Source: an uncultured Candidatus Rokubacteria bacterium
GTDB lineage: Bacteria; Methylomirabilota; Methylomirabilia; Rokubacteriales; CSP1-6
DNA: 64,000 nt
Reading direction: 5' to 3'
Assembly (NCBI GenBank): GCA_963771355.1
Contig: CAVYTA010000005.1
Coordinates: 640,001-704,000 of the forward strand
The translations under genes were made by a program, and so were the position numbers. The number at the start of each line of letters is the position of its first letter. Position 1 is the first letter of the stretch. Below the pieces are notes generated by a model that saw nothing but the letters and a program-made list of their open reading frames with translations, ran no database searches and had not been told where the DNA came from. Positions 33,865 through 42,820 of this stretch are shown in pieces.

Positions 33865-34326
33865 ATGGCCGTCACAGTGCTCGAGCTCCACCACCACGGC
33901 ATTCGCGTGAATCCCGACGAGACCGAGAAGTGCCTCGGTTTCTATCGTGACGTTCTCGGCTTGACGCCCGACCGCGGCCGGCCGAACATCCCCGGCATTC
34001 CCGGCTACTGGATGGACTGCGGGAACGATACGCAGATCCACATCATGGGCTGTGAGGGCCAGTCGCGGTACGCCAAGGGTCCCGACAAGGATCCCACCCA
34101 CTTCCACGTGGCCCTCGCGGTGGCGAACGTGCAGGAGACGAAGCAAGAGCTGGAGCGCATGGGAGTGCCCTTCTGGACCATCCAGTCCGTGGTGGGACCC
34201 CAGCTCGAGCAGATCTTCATGGACGACCCGCACGGCAACCTCGTCGAGCTACACCAGATCGACACCTGCCGCTGCCGCAAGTCCGCCCGCCCCGACGTGG
34301 TGACGCCGCCGGCATCGATGGCGTAG
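33865..34326 (+). CDS. VOC/glyoxalase-family protein
   Basis: LHHHGIRV, FYRDVLGL, QIH, HVALAV, DPHGNLVEL. Confidence 0.85.
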   Translation: MAVTVLELHHHGIRVNPDETEKCLGFYRDVLGLTPDRGRPNIPGIPGYWMDCGNDTQIHIMGCEGQSRYAKGPDKDPTHFHVALAVANVQETKQELERMGVPFWTIQSVVGPQLEQIFMDDPHGNLVELHQIDTCRCRKSARPDVVTPPASMA

Positions 34327-34329
34327 TCG

Positions 34330-35532
34330 ATGGGGGCAGGAGGGATGAGCCTCCCCGACGGCCCGCAGGCGCTCGTCGAGCGCGTCGACGAGCTCACGCG
34401 GGCCAAGATCGCTCCCCGCGCGGCGCACTACGACCGCGAGGGCAAGAACCCCGTGGAGAGCTGGCGCGATCTCTGGCGGGAGGGCATCCTCGCCGCGGCC
34501 ATTCCCACCGCCTACGGCGGGCTCGGGCTCGACATGAGCACCTACGTGGCCTGTCTCCGGGCGGTGGGGCGCGGCTGCGCCAATACCGCGATGACCCTGC
34601 ACATGCACTCGACGGTCATGCGCTTCATCGACGTGCTGGGCACGGAATCCCAGAAGCGGCGCTACTTCTCGGAGGTCGTGGACCACGGCCGCCTCTTCGG
34701 CTCCTGGGGGAGCGAGCCCGCGGTCAGCCTCTCCCGCACCTTCCAGATGGAGACCGTGCTCCGCCGCGACGGCGGAGAGTACGTGGTGGACGGAGTCAAG
34801 CACTTCTGCACCATGGCGCTGGGCGCCTCCTACTACATGGTCTGGTGCGCGCTCGACGGCGCCTCCGACATGTCCAAGGCCCTGCTCCAGGCTCTCGTGC
34901 CCGCGGGGACGCCCGGCCTCCACACCGACGGCAAGTGGGACACGCTCGGGATGCGCGCGACCTTCAGCCCGTCGGTGGAGTTCAAGGGCGCCCGCATTCC
35001 CGGCGATGCCGTGCTCGGGGAGCCGGGGTCCGCTCTCAAGGCCGGCGTGGTGGAGAGCTTCGCGCTGGGTTATGCCGCCATCTACGTCGCTCTGGCGGAG
35101 GCGGCGCTGGCCTTCGCCATGGACTACCTGAAGAAGCGCGTGGTGAAGCCGGAGAACATCGCGGTGGCCCACGACCCCGCCATCCAGCGTCACATCGGCG
35201 AACTGGAGGCGCGCCTCTACGCCGTTCTCCTCGTCCTGGAGGATGCCGCGGCGCGCTGGGATGCGGCGGACACTCCGACGCGCGGCCTCCTCGCCAACCG
35301 CGCCAAGTTCCTCGCCACCGAGGTGGGGCTGGCCGTCACCGCGCACGCCATCCAGACCGTCGGCGGCCGCGCCGCCTACAAGGACTATCCGGTGGAGCGG
35401 GCCTTCCGCGACGTCCGTACCGCCACGCTCATGCCGCCCACCATGGACCGCATGATGGAGGCCATCGGCAAGGCGGCGCTGGGACTCGAGTCCGCCATGT
35501 TCCGCTTCAGCGACGGGCCCCAGGGAGCCTGA
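34330..35532 (+). CDS. Acyl-CoA dehydrogenase-family flavoprotein, paralogue 2 (start may be 34345)
   Basis: IPTAYGG, AMTLHMHS, WGSEP, GVKHFCT, WDTLGMRAT, VERAFRD. Confidence 0.85.
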   Translation: MGAGGMSLPDGPQALVERVDELTRAKIAPRAAHYDREGKNPVESWRDLWREGILAAAIPTAYGGLGLDMSTYVACLRAVGRGCANTAMTLHMHSTVMRFIDVLGTESQKRRYFSEVVDHGRLFGSWGSEPAVSLSRTFQMETVLRRDGGEYVVDGVKHFCTMALGASYYMVWCALDGASDMSKALLQALVPAGTPGLHTDGKWDTLGMRATFSPSVEFKGARIPGDAVLGEPGSALKAGVVESFALGYAAIYVALAEAALAFAMDYLKKRVVKPENIAVAHDPAIQRHIGELEARLYAVLLVLEDAAARWDAADTPTRGLLANRAKFLATEVGLAVTAHAIQTVGGRAAYKDYPVERAFRDVRTATLMPPTMDRMMEAIGKAALGLESAMFRFSDGPQGA

Positions 35533-35536
35533 GCGC

Positions 35537-36496
35537 GTGGGCGCGGTCGGATTCGTGGGGCTCGGCGCCATGGGCACGCCCATGGTCAGGCGCCTGCTGG
35601 CCGGCGGGCACGACGTCACGGGCTACAACCGGACGCGGGCCAAGGCCGACGCGCTCGTCTCCGCGGGCCTCCGCGTGGCCGGCTCGCCACGCGAGGCCGC
35701 CGCTGCCGGCGAGGTCGTGCTCAGCATGGTCACCAACTCCGACGCCCTCCTGCAGATCGCGCACGGGCCCGACGGCATCCTGGCCGGACTCAGGCGGGGC
35801 GCGGTCTGGGCCGACATGAGCACGGTGAGCCCCGCGGTGACGCGCGCGCTGGGCGCCGAGGTGGCGGCGGCCGGAGGCGCCTTCCTCGACGCGCCCGTGT
35901 CCGGGAGCGCGGTGACCGTGGAGCAGGGCAAGCTCGCGTTCTTCGTGGGTGGAGACGCGGCCGCGCTCGAGCGCGTGCGGCCCTTTCTCCTCTCCATCGG
36001 TGCGTCGATCACCCCCATGGGCCCGCTGGGACTGGCCGTCACCATGAAGGTGGCCATCAATCTCGGCATCGGTGTTCAGCTCGCCGCCTTCTCGGAGTCG
36101 GTGCTCCTCGCGGAGAAGGCCGGCATCCCGCGAGCGCGGGCGGTGGAGGCGCTCCTCAAGAGCGTGCTCGCGTCCCCCATGCTCCAGTATCGCGGGGACT
36201 TCGTGCTGACCTCGCCCGCCGAGCCCCTCTTCGACTGCGCGATGATGCAGAAGGACCTGGGGCTCGCGCTGGAGATGGGCCGCACGGTGGGCGTGCCGCT
36301 GCCCACCACCGCGCTCGCTCACGAGCTGCTGGGCGCCGCGCGCGCCATGGGGCTGGGGCACCGCGACTGCGCGGCCATCTTCGACGTGCTGGCCTGCATG
36401 AGCGGCTTGCCCATCAGCGCGGGCGGGCCTCCGGGCGGGCCCTCGATCGGGCCCCCAGGGGGATCACCGACGGGACGCGCGGGGCCTCCGGCCTAG
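35537..36496 (+). CDS. Beta-hydroxyacid dehydrogenase (3-hydroxyisobutyrate dehydrogenase/GarR family)
   Basis: GFVGLGAMG, YNRT, DMST, LDAPVSG, MKVAIN, MQKD. Confidence 0.88.
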   Translation: MGAVGFVGLGAMGTPMVRRLLAGGHDVTGYNRTRAKADALVSAGLRVAGSPREAAAAGEVVLSMVTNSDALLQIAHGPDGILAGLRRGAVWADMSTVSPAVTRALGAEVAAAGGAFLDAPVSGSAVTVEQGKLAFFVGGDAAALERVRPFLLSIGASITPMGPLGLAVTMKVAINLGIGVQLAAFSESVLLAEKAGIPRARAVEALLKSVLASPMLQYRGDFVLTSPAEPLFDCAMMQKDLGLALEMGRTVGVPLPTTALAHELLGAARAMGLGHRDCAAIFDVLACMSGLPISAGGPPGGPSIGPPGGSPTGRAGPPA

Positions 36497-36504
36497 CGCC
36501 CCCG

Positions 36505-37305
36505 GTGTCCGTCGGCGCGTCCGGCCTCCTCTTCCTCAAGCTGCTGGTCACGCCCGCCCTGATCGGCGCGGCGAGCCTCGCCGGCCGGCGCTGGGGGCAG
36601 GGAGTGGGCGGGGTGATCGTGGCCCTGCCGCTCACCTCCGGGCCCATCGCCTTCTTCCTCGTGCTGGAGCACGGCGCGGCCTTCGCCGCCGGCGCTGCGC
36701 TGGGCTCGCTGGCGGGCGCGCTGGCTCAGGGCGCCTTTTGCCTGGGCTATGCCGTGCTCGCCTTCCGTTATGGCTGGCCCGTCGCCTTCGCGGGCGGGGC
36801 GCTCGCCTTCGCCGCGGCGGGCGCCGCGCTGCAGGTGCTGGCCCTGCCGCTCGCGCCGCTCACCGCGGTGGTGATGGGCGGCCTGGGCCTGGCCGTGCTT
36901 GTCATGCCGCGCGGCGCGGAGGCACGCCGGCCGACCCCGCCGCCCCGCTGGGACATACCCGCCCGGATGGTCGTCGCGACCGCTCTCGTTCTCGCGCTGA
37001 CGGCGGCCGCCGCCACGCTCGGCTCTCGGCTGAGCGGGCTTCTCGCGACATTTCCCGTCTACGCCGGCATCCTCGCCGTCTTCGCCCATGGGCAGGCGGG
37101 GCCAGGGCCGGCGACGCGCGCGTTGCGCGGACTGCTCGCCGGACTCTTCGGCTTCGGCGCCTTCTTCGTCGTCCTCGCCGCGCTCATCGAGCGCGGGGAA
37201 TTGGTCCACGCCTTCGGCGCGGCGCTGGCGGTGACCCTCGTCCTGCAGGGGGCCGCGCTCTGGATGGTACGCCCCCCTGCGCCTGGCGCAGCGCCGACTC
37301 GATGA
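36505..37305 (+). CDS. Hypothetical multi-pass membrane protein (internally duplicated)
   Basis: About 8-9 hydrophobic segments; RRWG..VGG..LPLTSGP in the first half echoed by LG.RLSGLLATFP in the second. Confidence 0.75.
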   Translation: MSVGASGLLFLKLLVTPALIGAASLAGRRWGQGVGGVIVALPLTSGPIAFFLVLEHGAAFAAGAALGSLAGALAQGAFCLGYAVLAFRYGWPVAFAGGALAFAAAGAALQVLALPLAPLTAVVMGGLGLAVLVMPRGAEARRPTPPPRWDIPARMVVATALVLALTAAAATLGSRLSGLLATFPVYAGILAVFAHGQAGPGPATRALRGLLAGLFGFGAFFVVLAALIERGELVHAFGAALAVTLVLQGAALWMVRPPAPGAAPTR

Positions 37306-37927
37306 GGGCGTCGACCATCCAGCGGGCCACCGTTTCCACCTCGCGATAGCTCGAGCCCCAGATGTCACGCAGCACCACGTACGACTCGATGCCGTAGATC
37401 AGCGACAGGGCCTTGATGAGCCGCCCGTAGGTCCGTTCGCCCAAGGTGGCGCGCAGGGGCGCGGCCGCCCGGTGCAGCATGTAGCGACGGTGACCTCGCC
37501 GGTAGGGCTCCTCCTCGAGCAGCCCCATGCGTTGCAGGGACTCGTGCTCCAGCGAGAGCTGGAGCGCCGCCCGCATGTGGGGCTCGAACTGCTTGAAGAG
37601 GGGGAAGGTCTTGTCGAACAGCTCGCGAACCCGCTGGAGGCCGTCGCGGGGGCCGGGCTCGAAGCGGCGCACGGGGGCGAGCGCCTGGCCCACCACGGCG
37701 GTGACGAGCGCGCTCCGGCTCGGGAAGTACCGGTAGGCGGTCGCGCGCGAGACGCGGGCCTTGGCCGCGACTTCCGGTACCGAGGGAATGCGGCCGCGCT
37801 GGACGAGGGTCATCGCCTGCGCGAGCAGGAGCCGGTAGGTCCGGGCGCGTGGACCGCGCTCGGCCCCGGGCGGCTGCACCCAGCCGAGGCCGGGCGGAGC
37901 AACAAGCGACTTGACAAAGGGCCCCAC
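37184..37927 (-). CDS. TetR/AcrR-family transcriptional regulator (start uncertain, may be GTG 37879)
   Basis: HTH motif SVPEVAAKARVSRATAYRYFPS; divergent from the amidohydrolase operon. Confidence 0.85.
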   Translation of the reverse strand: MGPFVKSLVAPPGLGWVQPPGAERGPRARTYRLLLAQAMTLVQRGRIPSVPEVAAKARVSRATAYRYFPSRSALVTAVVGQALAPVRRFEPGPRDGLQRVRELFDKTFPLFKQFEPHMRAALQLSLEHESLQRMGLLEEEPYRRGHRRYMLHRAAAPLRATLGERTYGRLIKALSLIYGIESYVVLRDIWGSSYREVETVARWMVDALIESALRQAQGGVPSRARPPAGRGSPPAPRRRRGPIPRAR

Positions 37928-37969
37928 CGGCCCCTAGTCTCGCACAGCCGCATGAGACACGTGTCTCAT
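37911..37969 (+). promoter_or_regulatory. Promoter plus perfect 18-bp palindromic operator
   Basis: TTGACA (37911-37916), 18 bp, TAGTCT (37935-37940), then ATGAGACACGTGTCTCAT (37952-37969). Confidence 0.75.
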
Positions 37970-38023
37970 TCTGCGCGGCACGACGCGGCGCGGCGCGCGC
38001 GGGTCACGCTCGAGGAGGAGCCC

Positions 38024-39310
38024 ATGGCCAACGTCCTCTTCACGAACGTCCGGATCCTGGATGCCGGCGGCGCCGTGCCTTACCCCGGCGAGGTGCTGGT
38101 GCAGGGCAATCGCATCACGCGGGTGGCACGGGGGGCGCGCGCGCTGCCCACCGGCGGGGTGACCACGGTGGACGGCGGCGGTGCCACCCTCATGCCCGGT
38201 CTGGTGGAGGCACATACCCACTTCTCCTGGAACGATCAGCCCGGGCTCAGCGAGATCCAGCGCATGCCCACCGAGGAGCACATCCTCTGGTGTGCCCACA
38301 TCGCCAAGCGCTACCTCGACATGGGCTGGACGTCCTGCATCGGCGCCGCCACCGCCAAGCCGCGGCTCGACGTGGTGATCCGGAACGCCATCGAGTCGGG
38401 CCAGATCCCCGGCCCGCGCTATCTCGCGGCCAGCCAGGAGATCACCGTGCCCGGCGGCCTCGGGGACGAGACCCTCCCGCACCTGCCCTATCCGGAGTTC
38501 AGCTTCGGCGCCATCGTCAACGGTCCCGAGGAGATGCGGAAGACGGTGCGGATGTTCCTCAAGTACGGCGTGGACACCGTGAAGCTGAACCTCTCCGGCG
38601 AGTACATCGCGGGCATCCCCGCGGAGTTCACGCCGATGACCGACGAGGAGATCGCGGTCGCGGTGAAGGAGGCCCACGTGCGGGGCAAGCGGGTGTCCGC
38701 CCACGCGCGGTCCGCGGAGTCGGTGAAACAGTGCGTGCGCCACGGCATCGAGATCATCTACCACGCGAGCTTCGCCGACGAGGAAGCGCTCGACATGCTG
38801 GAGGCGCGGAAGGACCGGCACTTCGTGGCCCCCGGCATCGCGTGGCTGATCAACACCTCGTTCCACGCCGCCGAGTGGGGCATCTCGCCGGAGTCGGCGA
38901 AGGCCATGGGCTATCACCGCGAGCTGGAGGTTGCCTGCGAGACGCTGAAGAAGATGCACAAGCGCGGCATCCGCGTGCTGCCCGGCGGCGACTACGGATT
39001 CGCCTGGATCAAGCACGGCACCAATGCCAAGGACCTCGAGTACTTCGTCTCCCACCTGGGCTTCACGCCCATGGAGGCGCTCCGCGCCGCGACCTTCTAC
39101 GGCGGGCAGATCATGCTGCGGGGCGGGGAGCTGGGCCAGGTCAAGGAGGGCTTCCTCGCCGACCTCCTCCTCGTGGACGGCGACCCCGTGGCCAACGTTG
39201 CTTTGCTCCAGGATCCCAAGCGCATCCTCGGCGTGATGAAGGACGGCGCCTTTCACAAGGACCCCCCGGGTCGCGCCGCGCGCAGTCGCTGGAGCCTCCC
39301 CGCCGCCTGA
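38024..39310 (+). CDS. Metal-dependent amidohydrolase, paralogue 1
   Basis: GAGGAGGAG RBS; MPGLVEAHTH, VKL, AHAR, IYHA, GGDYG, ADLLLVDGDP. Confidence 0.9.
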   Translation: MANVLFTNVRILDAGGAVPYPGEVLVQGNRITRVARGARALPTGGVTTVDGGGATLMPGLVEAHTHFSWNDQPGLSEIQRMPTEEHILWCAHIAKRYLDMGWTSCIGAATAKPRLDVVIRNAIESGQIPGPRYLAASQEITVPGGLGDETLPHLPYPEFSFGAIVNGPEEMRKTVRMFLKYGVDTVKLNLSGEYIAGIPAEFTPMTDEEIAVAVKEAHVRGKRVSAHARSAESVKQCVRHGIEIIYHASFADEEALDMLEARKDRHFVAPGIAWLINTSFHAAEWGISPESAKAMGYHRELEVACETLKKMHKRGIRVLPGGDYGFAWIKHGTNAKDLEYFVSHLGFTPMEALRAATFYGGQIMLRGGELGQVKEGFLADLLLVDGDPVANVALLQDPKRILGVMKDGAFHKDPPGRAARSRWSLPAA

Positions 39311-39375
39311 GGCGCGGCGCCGCGCATGCCGACCCAGTTCATCGCTATGCCCAGCGCATGTAAGAGGAGCGAGCC

Positions 39376-40665
39376 ATGACGAGCGTGCTCTTCACCAACG
39401 TACGGGTTCTCGACGGGACAGGCACGCCGCCCTATGCCGGCGAGGTGCTGGTACAGGGGAACCGGGTCGCGCGGGTGGCCCGGGGCACCCGGGCTCTCCC
39501 CGCCGCCGGCGTGACGGTGATCGACGGCGCCGGCGCCACCCTCATGCCCGGCATGGTCGAGGCCCACACCCACTTCTCCTGGAACGACGCGGCGGGGCTC
39601 TCCGACCTCCAGCGCCTGCCGCTGGAAGAGCACGTGCTCTGGTCGGCCACGGTGGCCAAGCGCTACCTCGAGGCCGGCTGGACCTCCTGCGTGGGCGCGG
39701 CCTGCGCCAAGCCGCGGCTGGACGTGGTGACCCGCAACGCCATCAACCAGGGGCTCATCCCCGGGCCGCGCTACCTCGCGGGCAGCCAGGAGATCACGGT
39801 GGCGGGCGGCCTCGGCGACGAGACGCTGCCCCATCTGCCGTTTCCCGAGTTCAGCTTCGGCGTGATCGTGAGCGGGGCCGAGGAGATGCGCAAGGTGGTG
39901 CGGATGTTCCTCAAGTACGGGGTGGACCACGTCAAGCTCAACCTCTCGGGCGACAACTTCACGCAGACCTCGCCCGCCGGCACCACCTGGATGAGCGACG
40001 AGGAGGTCGGCATCGCGGTGCGGGAGGCGAAGATGCGCGGCAAGCGCGTGGCCGCCCACGCGCGGTCGTGCGAGTCCGTCAAGCAGTGCGTGCGCCACGG
40101 CATCGAGATCATCTACCACGCGAGCTTCACCGACGAGGAAGCCCTCGACATGCTGGAGGCCAACCGCGACCGCCACTTCGTGGCGCCCGGTATCGGCATC
40201 CTCGTGGCCATGCTCGACCACGCCGCGCCCTGGGGCATCACCCGCCAGAAGGCGGTGGAGATGGGCTACGAGGTGGAGCTGGCCGCCGCCGTCGACTCCC
40301 TCCGGAAGATGCACAAGCGCGGCATCCGCGTGCTGCCGGGTGGCGACTACGGCTTCGCCTTCACCCCGCACGGCGAGAACGCCCGCGACCTCGAGTACTT
40401 CGTGAAGTACCTCGGGATGACGCCGATGGAGGCGATCCTGTCGGCCACGCGCCACGGCGGCGAGATCATGATGAAGGGCGGCGAGCTCGGCCAGCTCAAG
40501 GACGGCTATCTCGCCGACCTGATCCTGGTCGACGGGGATCCCCTCGCCAATCTGAGCCTCCTGCGCGACCCGTCCAAGCTCCTCGCGGTGATGAAGGACG
40601 GCGTGTTCTACAAGGAGCCCGAGATCCGCTCCGCCCAGTCCCGCTGGGGCCGCTCGGTGGCCTGA
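39376..40665 (+). CDS. Metal-dependent amidohydrolase, paralogue 2
   Basis: MPGMVEAHTH, VKL, AHAR, IYHA, GGDYG, ADLILVDGDP; collinear with the previous gene. Confidence 0.9.
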   Translation: MTSVLFTNVRVLDGTGTPPYAGEVLVQGNRVARVARGTRALPAAGVTVIDGAGATLMPGMVEAHTHFSWNDAAGLSDLQRLPLEEHVLWSATVAKRYLEAGWTSCVGAACAKPRLDVVTRNAINQGLIPGPRYLAGSQEITVAGGLGDETLPHLPFPEFSFGVIVSGAEEMRKVVRMFLKYGVDHVKLNLSGDNFTQTSPAGTTWMSDEEVGIAVREAKMRGKRVAAHARSCESVKQCVRHGIEIIYHASFTDEEALDMLEANRDRHFVAPGIGILVAMLDHAAPWGITRQKAVEMGYEVELAAAVDSLRKMHKRGIRVLPGGDYGFAFTPHGENARDLEYFVKYLGMTPMEAILSATRHGGEIMMKGGELGQLKDGYLADLILVDGDPLANLSLLRDPSKLLAVMKDGVFYKEPEIRSAQSRWGRSVA

Positions 40666-40674
40666 GGCCGACCG

Positions 40675-41619
40675 GTGCCGCGATTCTGGCGCTGGTTCTG
40701 GGTGGTGGTCCTGGGCGTGCCCGTGGCCGCGTTCACCATCTGGGGGCTGGTCGACAACGCCAAGCTCTTCTGCACCACCGCGCTCAACGGACTCACCCTG
40801 GCCGCGCTGTACTTCCTGGTGGCCAGCGGCTTCACCCTCGTCTTCGGGCTCATGCGCAACGTCAACCTGGCGCATGGCTCCCTGTATCTCCTCGGCGCCT
40901 ACGTGGGCTATATGGTCGGCGACAAGACCGGATCCTGGCTCCTCGCCGTCGCCGCCGGCTTCGCCAGCGCCGCGCTGTTCGGACTCGTCTTGCAGGTGAC
41001 GGTGTTCCGCTTCATGCAGGGGCAGGATCTGCGCCAGACCCTGGTCACCATCGCGCTCTCGATCATGCTCGCGGACGTGCTCCTGTGGATCTTCGGCGGC
41101 GAGATCTACCAGTTCGACCCGCCGCGCTGGATCTTCGGGCGGACGCCGCTGCCACTGGTGCAGGTGTACCCGACCTACCGGCTGGTGGTGCTGGCGATCT
41201 CGGCCGCCATCGGCGTCCTCCTCTGGCTGTTCCTCAACCGCACCCGCGTGGGGATGATGATCCGCGCCGGGGTGGACGATCGCGCCATGCTCGCCGCCGC
41301 CGGCGTCAACGTGCAAGCGGTGTTCGCCATCACCTTCGCCATCGGCGCTGGGCTGGCCGGATTCGCCGGGGTGGTGGGCGGCACCGCGCTCTCCATCGCG
41401 CCCGGCGAGGACACCCGCTATCAGCTCGCCTCGCTGGTGGTGGTGATCGTGGGCGGCATGGGCAGCGTGGTGGGCGCGGCCATCGGCGCCGCCCTCATCG
41501 GGGTGGCCGAGCAGTTCGGCCTGGCCTACGCGCCCACCTACAGCGTGGTGTTCACCTTCGTCATCATGGCGCTGGTGCTGGCCTTTCGGCCCCAGGGCAT
41601 CCTCGGGAGGCGCGCATGA
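40675..41619 (+). CDS. Liv-family ABC permease (LivH-like)
   Basis: GFTLVFG, VNLAHGSLYLLG, GMMIRA, IVGGMGS, RPQG. Confidence 0.88.
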   Translation: MPRFWRWFWVVVLGVPVAAFTIWGLVDNAKLFCTTALNGLTLAALYFLVASGFTLVFGLMRNVNLAHGSLYLLGAYVGYMVGDKTGSWLLAVAAGFASAALFGLVLQVTVFRFMQGQDLRQTLVTIALSIMLADVLLWIFGGEIYQFDPPRWIFGRTPLPLVQVYPTYRLVVLAISAAIGVLLWLFLNRTRVGMMIRAGVDDRAMLAAAGVNVQAVFAITFAIGAGLAGFAGVVGGTALSIAPGEDTRYQLASLVVVIVGGMGSVVGAAIGAALIGVAEQFGLAYAPTYSVVFTFVIMALVLAFRPQGILGRRA

Positions 41620-42764
41620 GCGCGTCCCAGTGGCGAAAGGCCATGAACGCCGGTGCCGGGCGCACCGCCTGGCCGCGCACCGCCGCCGCGCCGGCTCCCC
41701 CGGGGATGGCCGCGAGGCCCGTGCGAGGCGCCGCCACGGACCCTGGCGCGCACTGGCTCCGGTGGATCGGGGGGCGGGTGCGCGCGCGTCACGTGCTCGT
41801 GCTCCTCGCGGCGCTGGCCTACCCAGCGGTGGCGCCGCCGTTCTTCACCTTCCAGATCGGCGCGCAGGCGCTTGCCCTGGGGCTGATCGCGCTCTCCCTC
41901 ACGTTCCTCGCGGGCTACGGCGGCATGGTGTCGCTGGCCCAGATGACGGTGGCGGGCATCGCCGGGTACATGTACGCGATCTTCGCCACCAGCGGCACCG
42001 AGGTCAGCCTCGGCTGGCCGTGGGGGCTGGCGGTGGTTCTGGCCCTTGCCATCGCCACGGTGTGCGGGACCCTCATCGGCTGGTTCTCGGTGCGCACCGA
42101 GGGCATCTACACCATCATGATCACGCTCGCCATCGGGGTCGCCTTCTTCTATCTCGTCCAGCAGAACTACTCGCTCTTCAACGGCTTCCAGGGATTCCAG
42201 TCGGTGAAGTCGCCGCGCGTGCTCGGCGTGGAGCTGCGCGATCCGGTGCCCTTTTACTATCTCGCGCTCTTCTGGGCGCTCGCCGGGTACTTCGGCGTGA
42301 AGTATCTCCTGCGTGCGCCTTTCGGGGTGGCGCTGCAGGGCATCCGCGACAATCCACGGCGCATGGCCGCGCTGGGCTTCAACGTCACCGCTCACCGCGT
42401 CGCCGCCTATGCAGTGGCCGGCCTCATCGCCGCGGTGGGCGGGATCCTCATGGTCTGGTACAACGGGCTGGTGTCGCCGGGCTCGGTAGGCACGAGCTGG
42501 CTCATCAATATTCTCATCATCGCCGTGCTCGGCGGGATGCGACATCCCATCGGGCCCTTCATCGGGGCGATCGTGTTCGTGCTGCTCCAGACCTTCGCCG
42601 TCGATTTCGTGGACCGCGAGCGGTTTAACCTGCTCATCGGCGGCATTTTCCTGATCATCGTGCTGTTCTCGCCCGACGGCCTGCTCGGCTGGTGGGCGGG
42701 CGGCCGCGCCCGCCTGCGCGGGACATCGGCGCAGGGGCGATGGGGTCGCCGCGTCGAGACATGA
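41616..42764 (+). CDS. Liv-family ABC permease (LivM-like)
   Basis: GYGGMVSLAQ, IYTIMITLA, APFG..GIRDN, LGG..IGP, SPDG. Confidence 0.88.
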   Translation: MSASQWRKAMNAGAGRTAWPRTAAAPAPPGMAARPVRGAATDPGAHWLRWIGGRVRARHVLVLLAALAYPAVAPPFFTFQIGAQALALGLIALSLTFLAGYGGMVSLAQMTVAGIAGYMYAIFATSGTEVSLGWPWGLAVVLALAIATVCGTLIGWFSVRTEGIYTIMITLAIGVAFFYLVQQNYSLFNGFQGFQSVKSPRVLGVELRDPVPFYYLALFWALAGYFGVKYLLRAPFGVALQGIRDNPRRMAALGFNVTAHRVAAYAVAGLIAAVGGILMVWYNGLVSPGSVGTSWLINILIIAVLGGMRHPIGPFIGAIVFVLLQTFAVDFVDRERFNLLIGGIFLIIVLFSPDGLLGWWAGGRARLRGTSAQGRWGRRVET

Positions 42765-42820
42765 GCCGAAGCTTCCACCCACGCAGCCCCCGGGCTGCGT
42801 TCACCACGAAGGAGAAGACG

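Noticed and set aside
36416..36493. GPPGG-type repeats at the dehydrogenase C-terminus
   Set aside because: Short, degenerate low-complexity tail; cannot distinguish it from GC-rich background.
42781..42800. Palindrome ACGCAGCCC/GGGCTGCGT as a terminator
   Set aside because: Very small loop, no U-tract, mid-operon; at most a processing or stability element.
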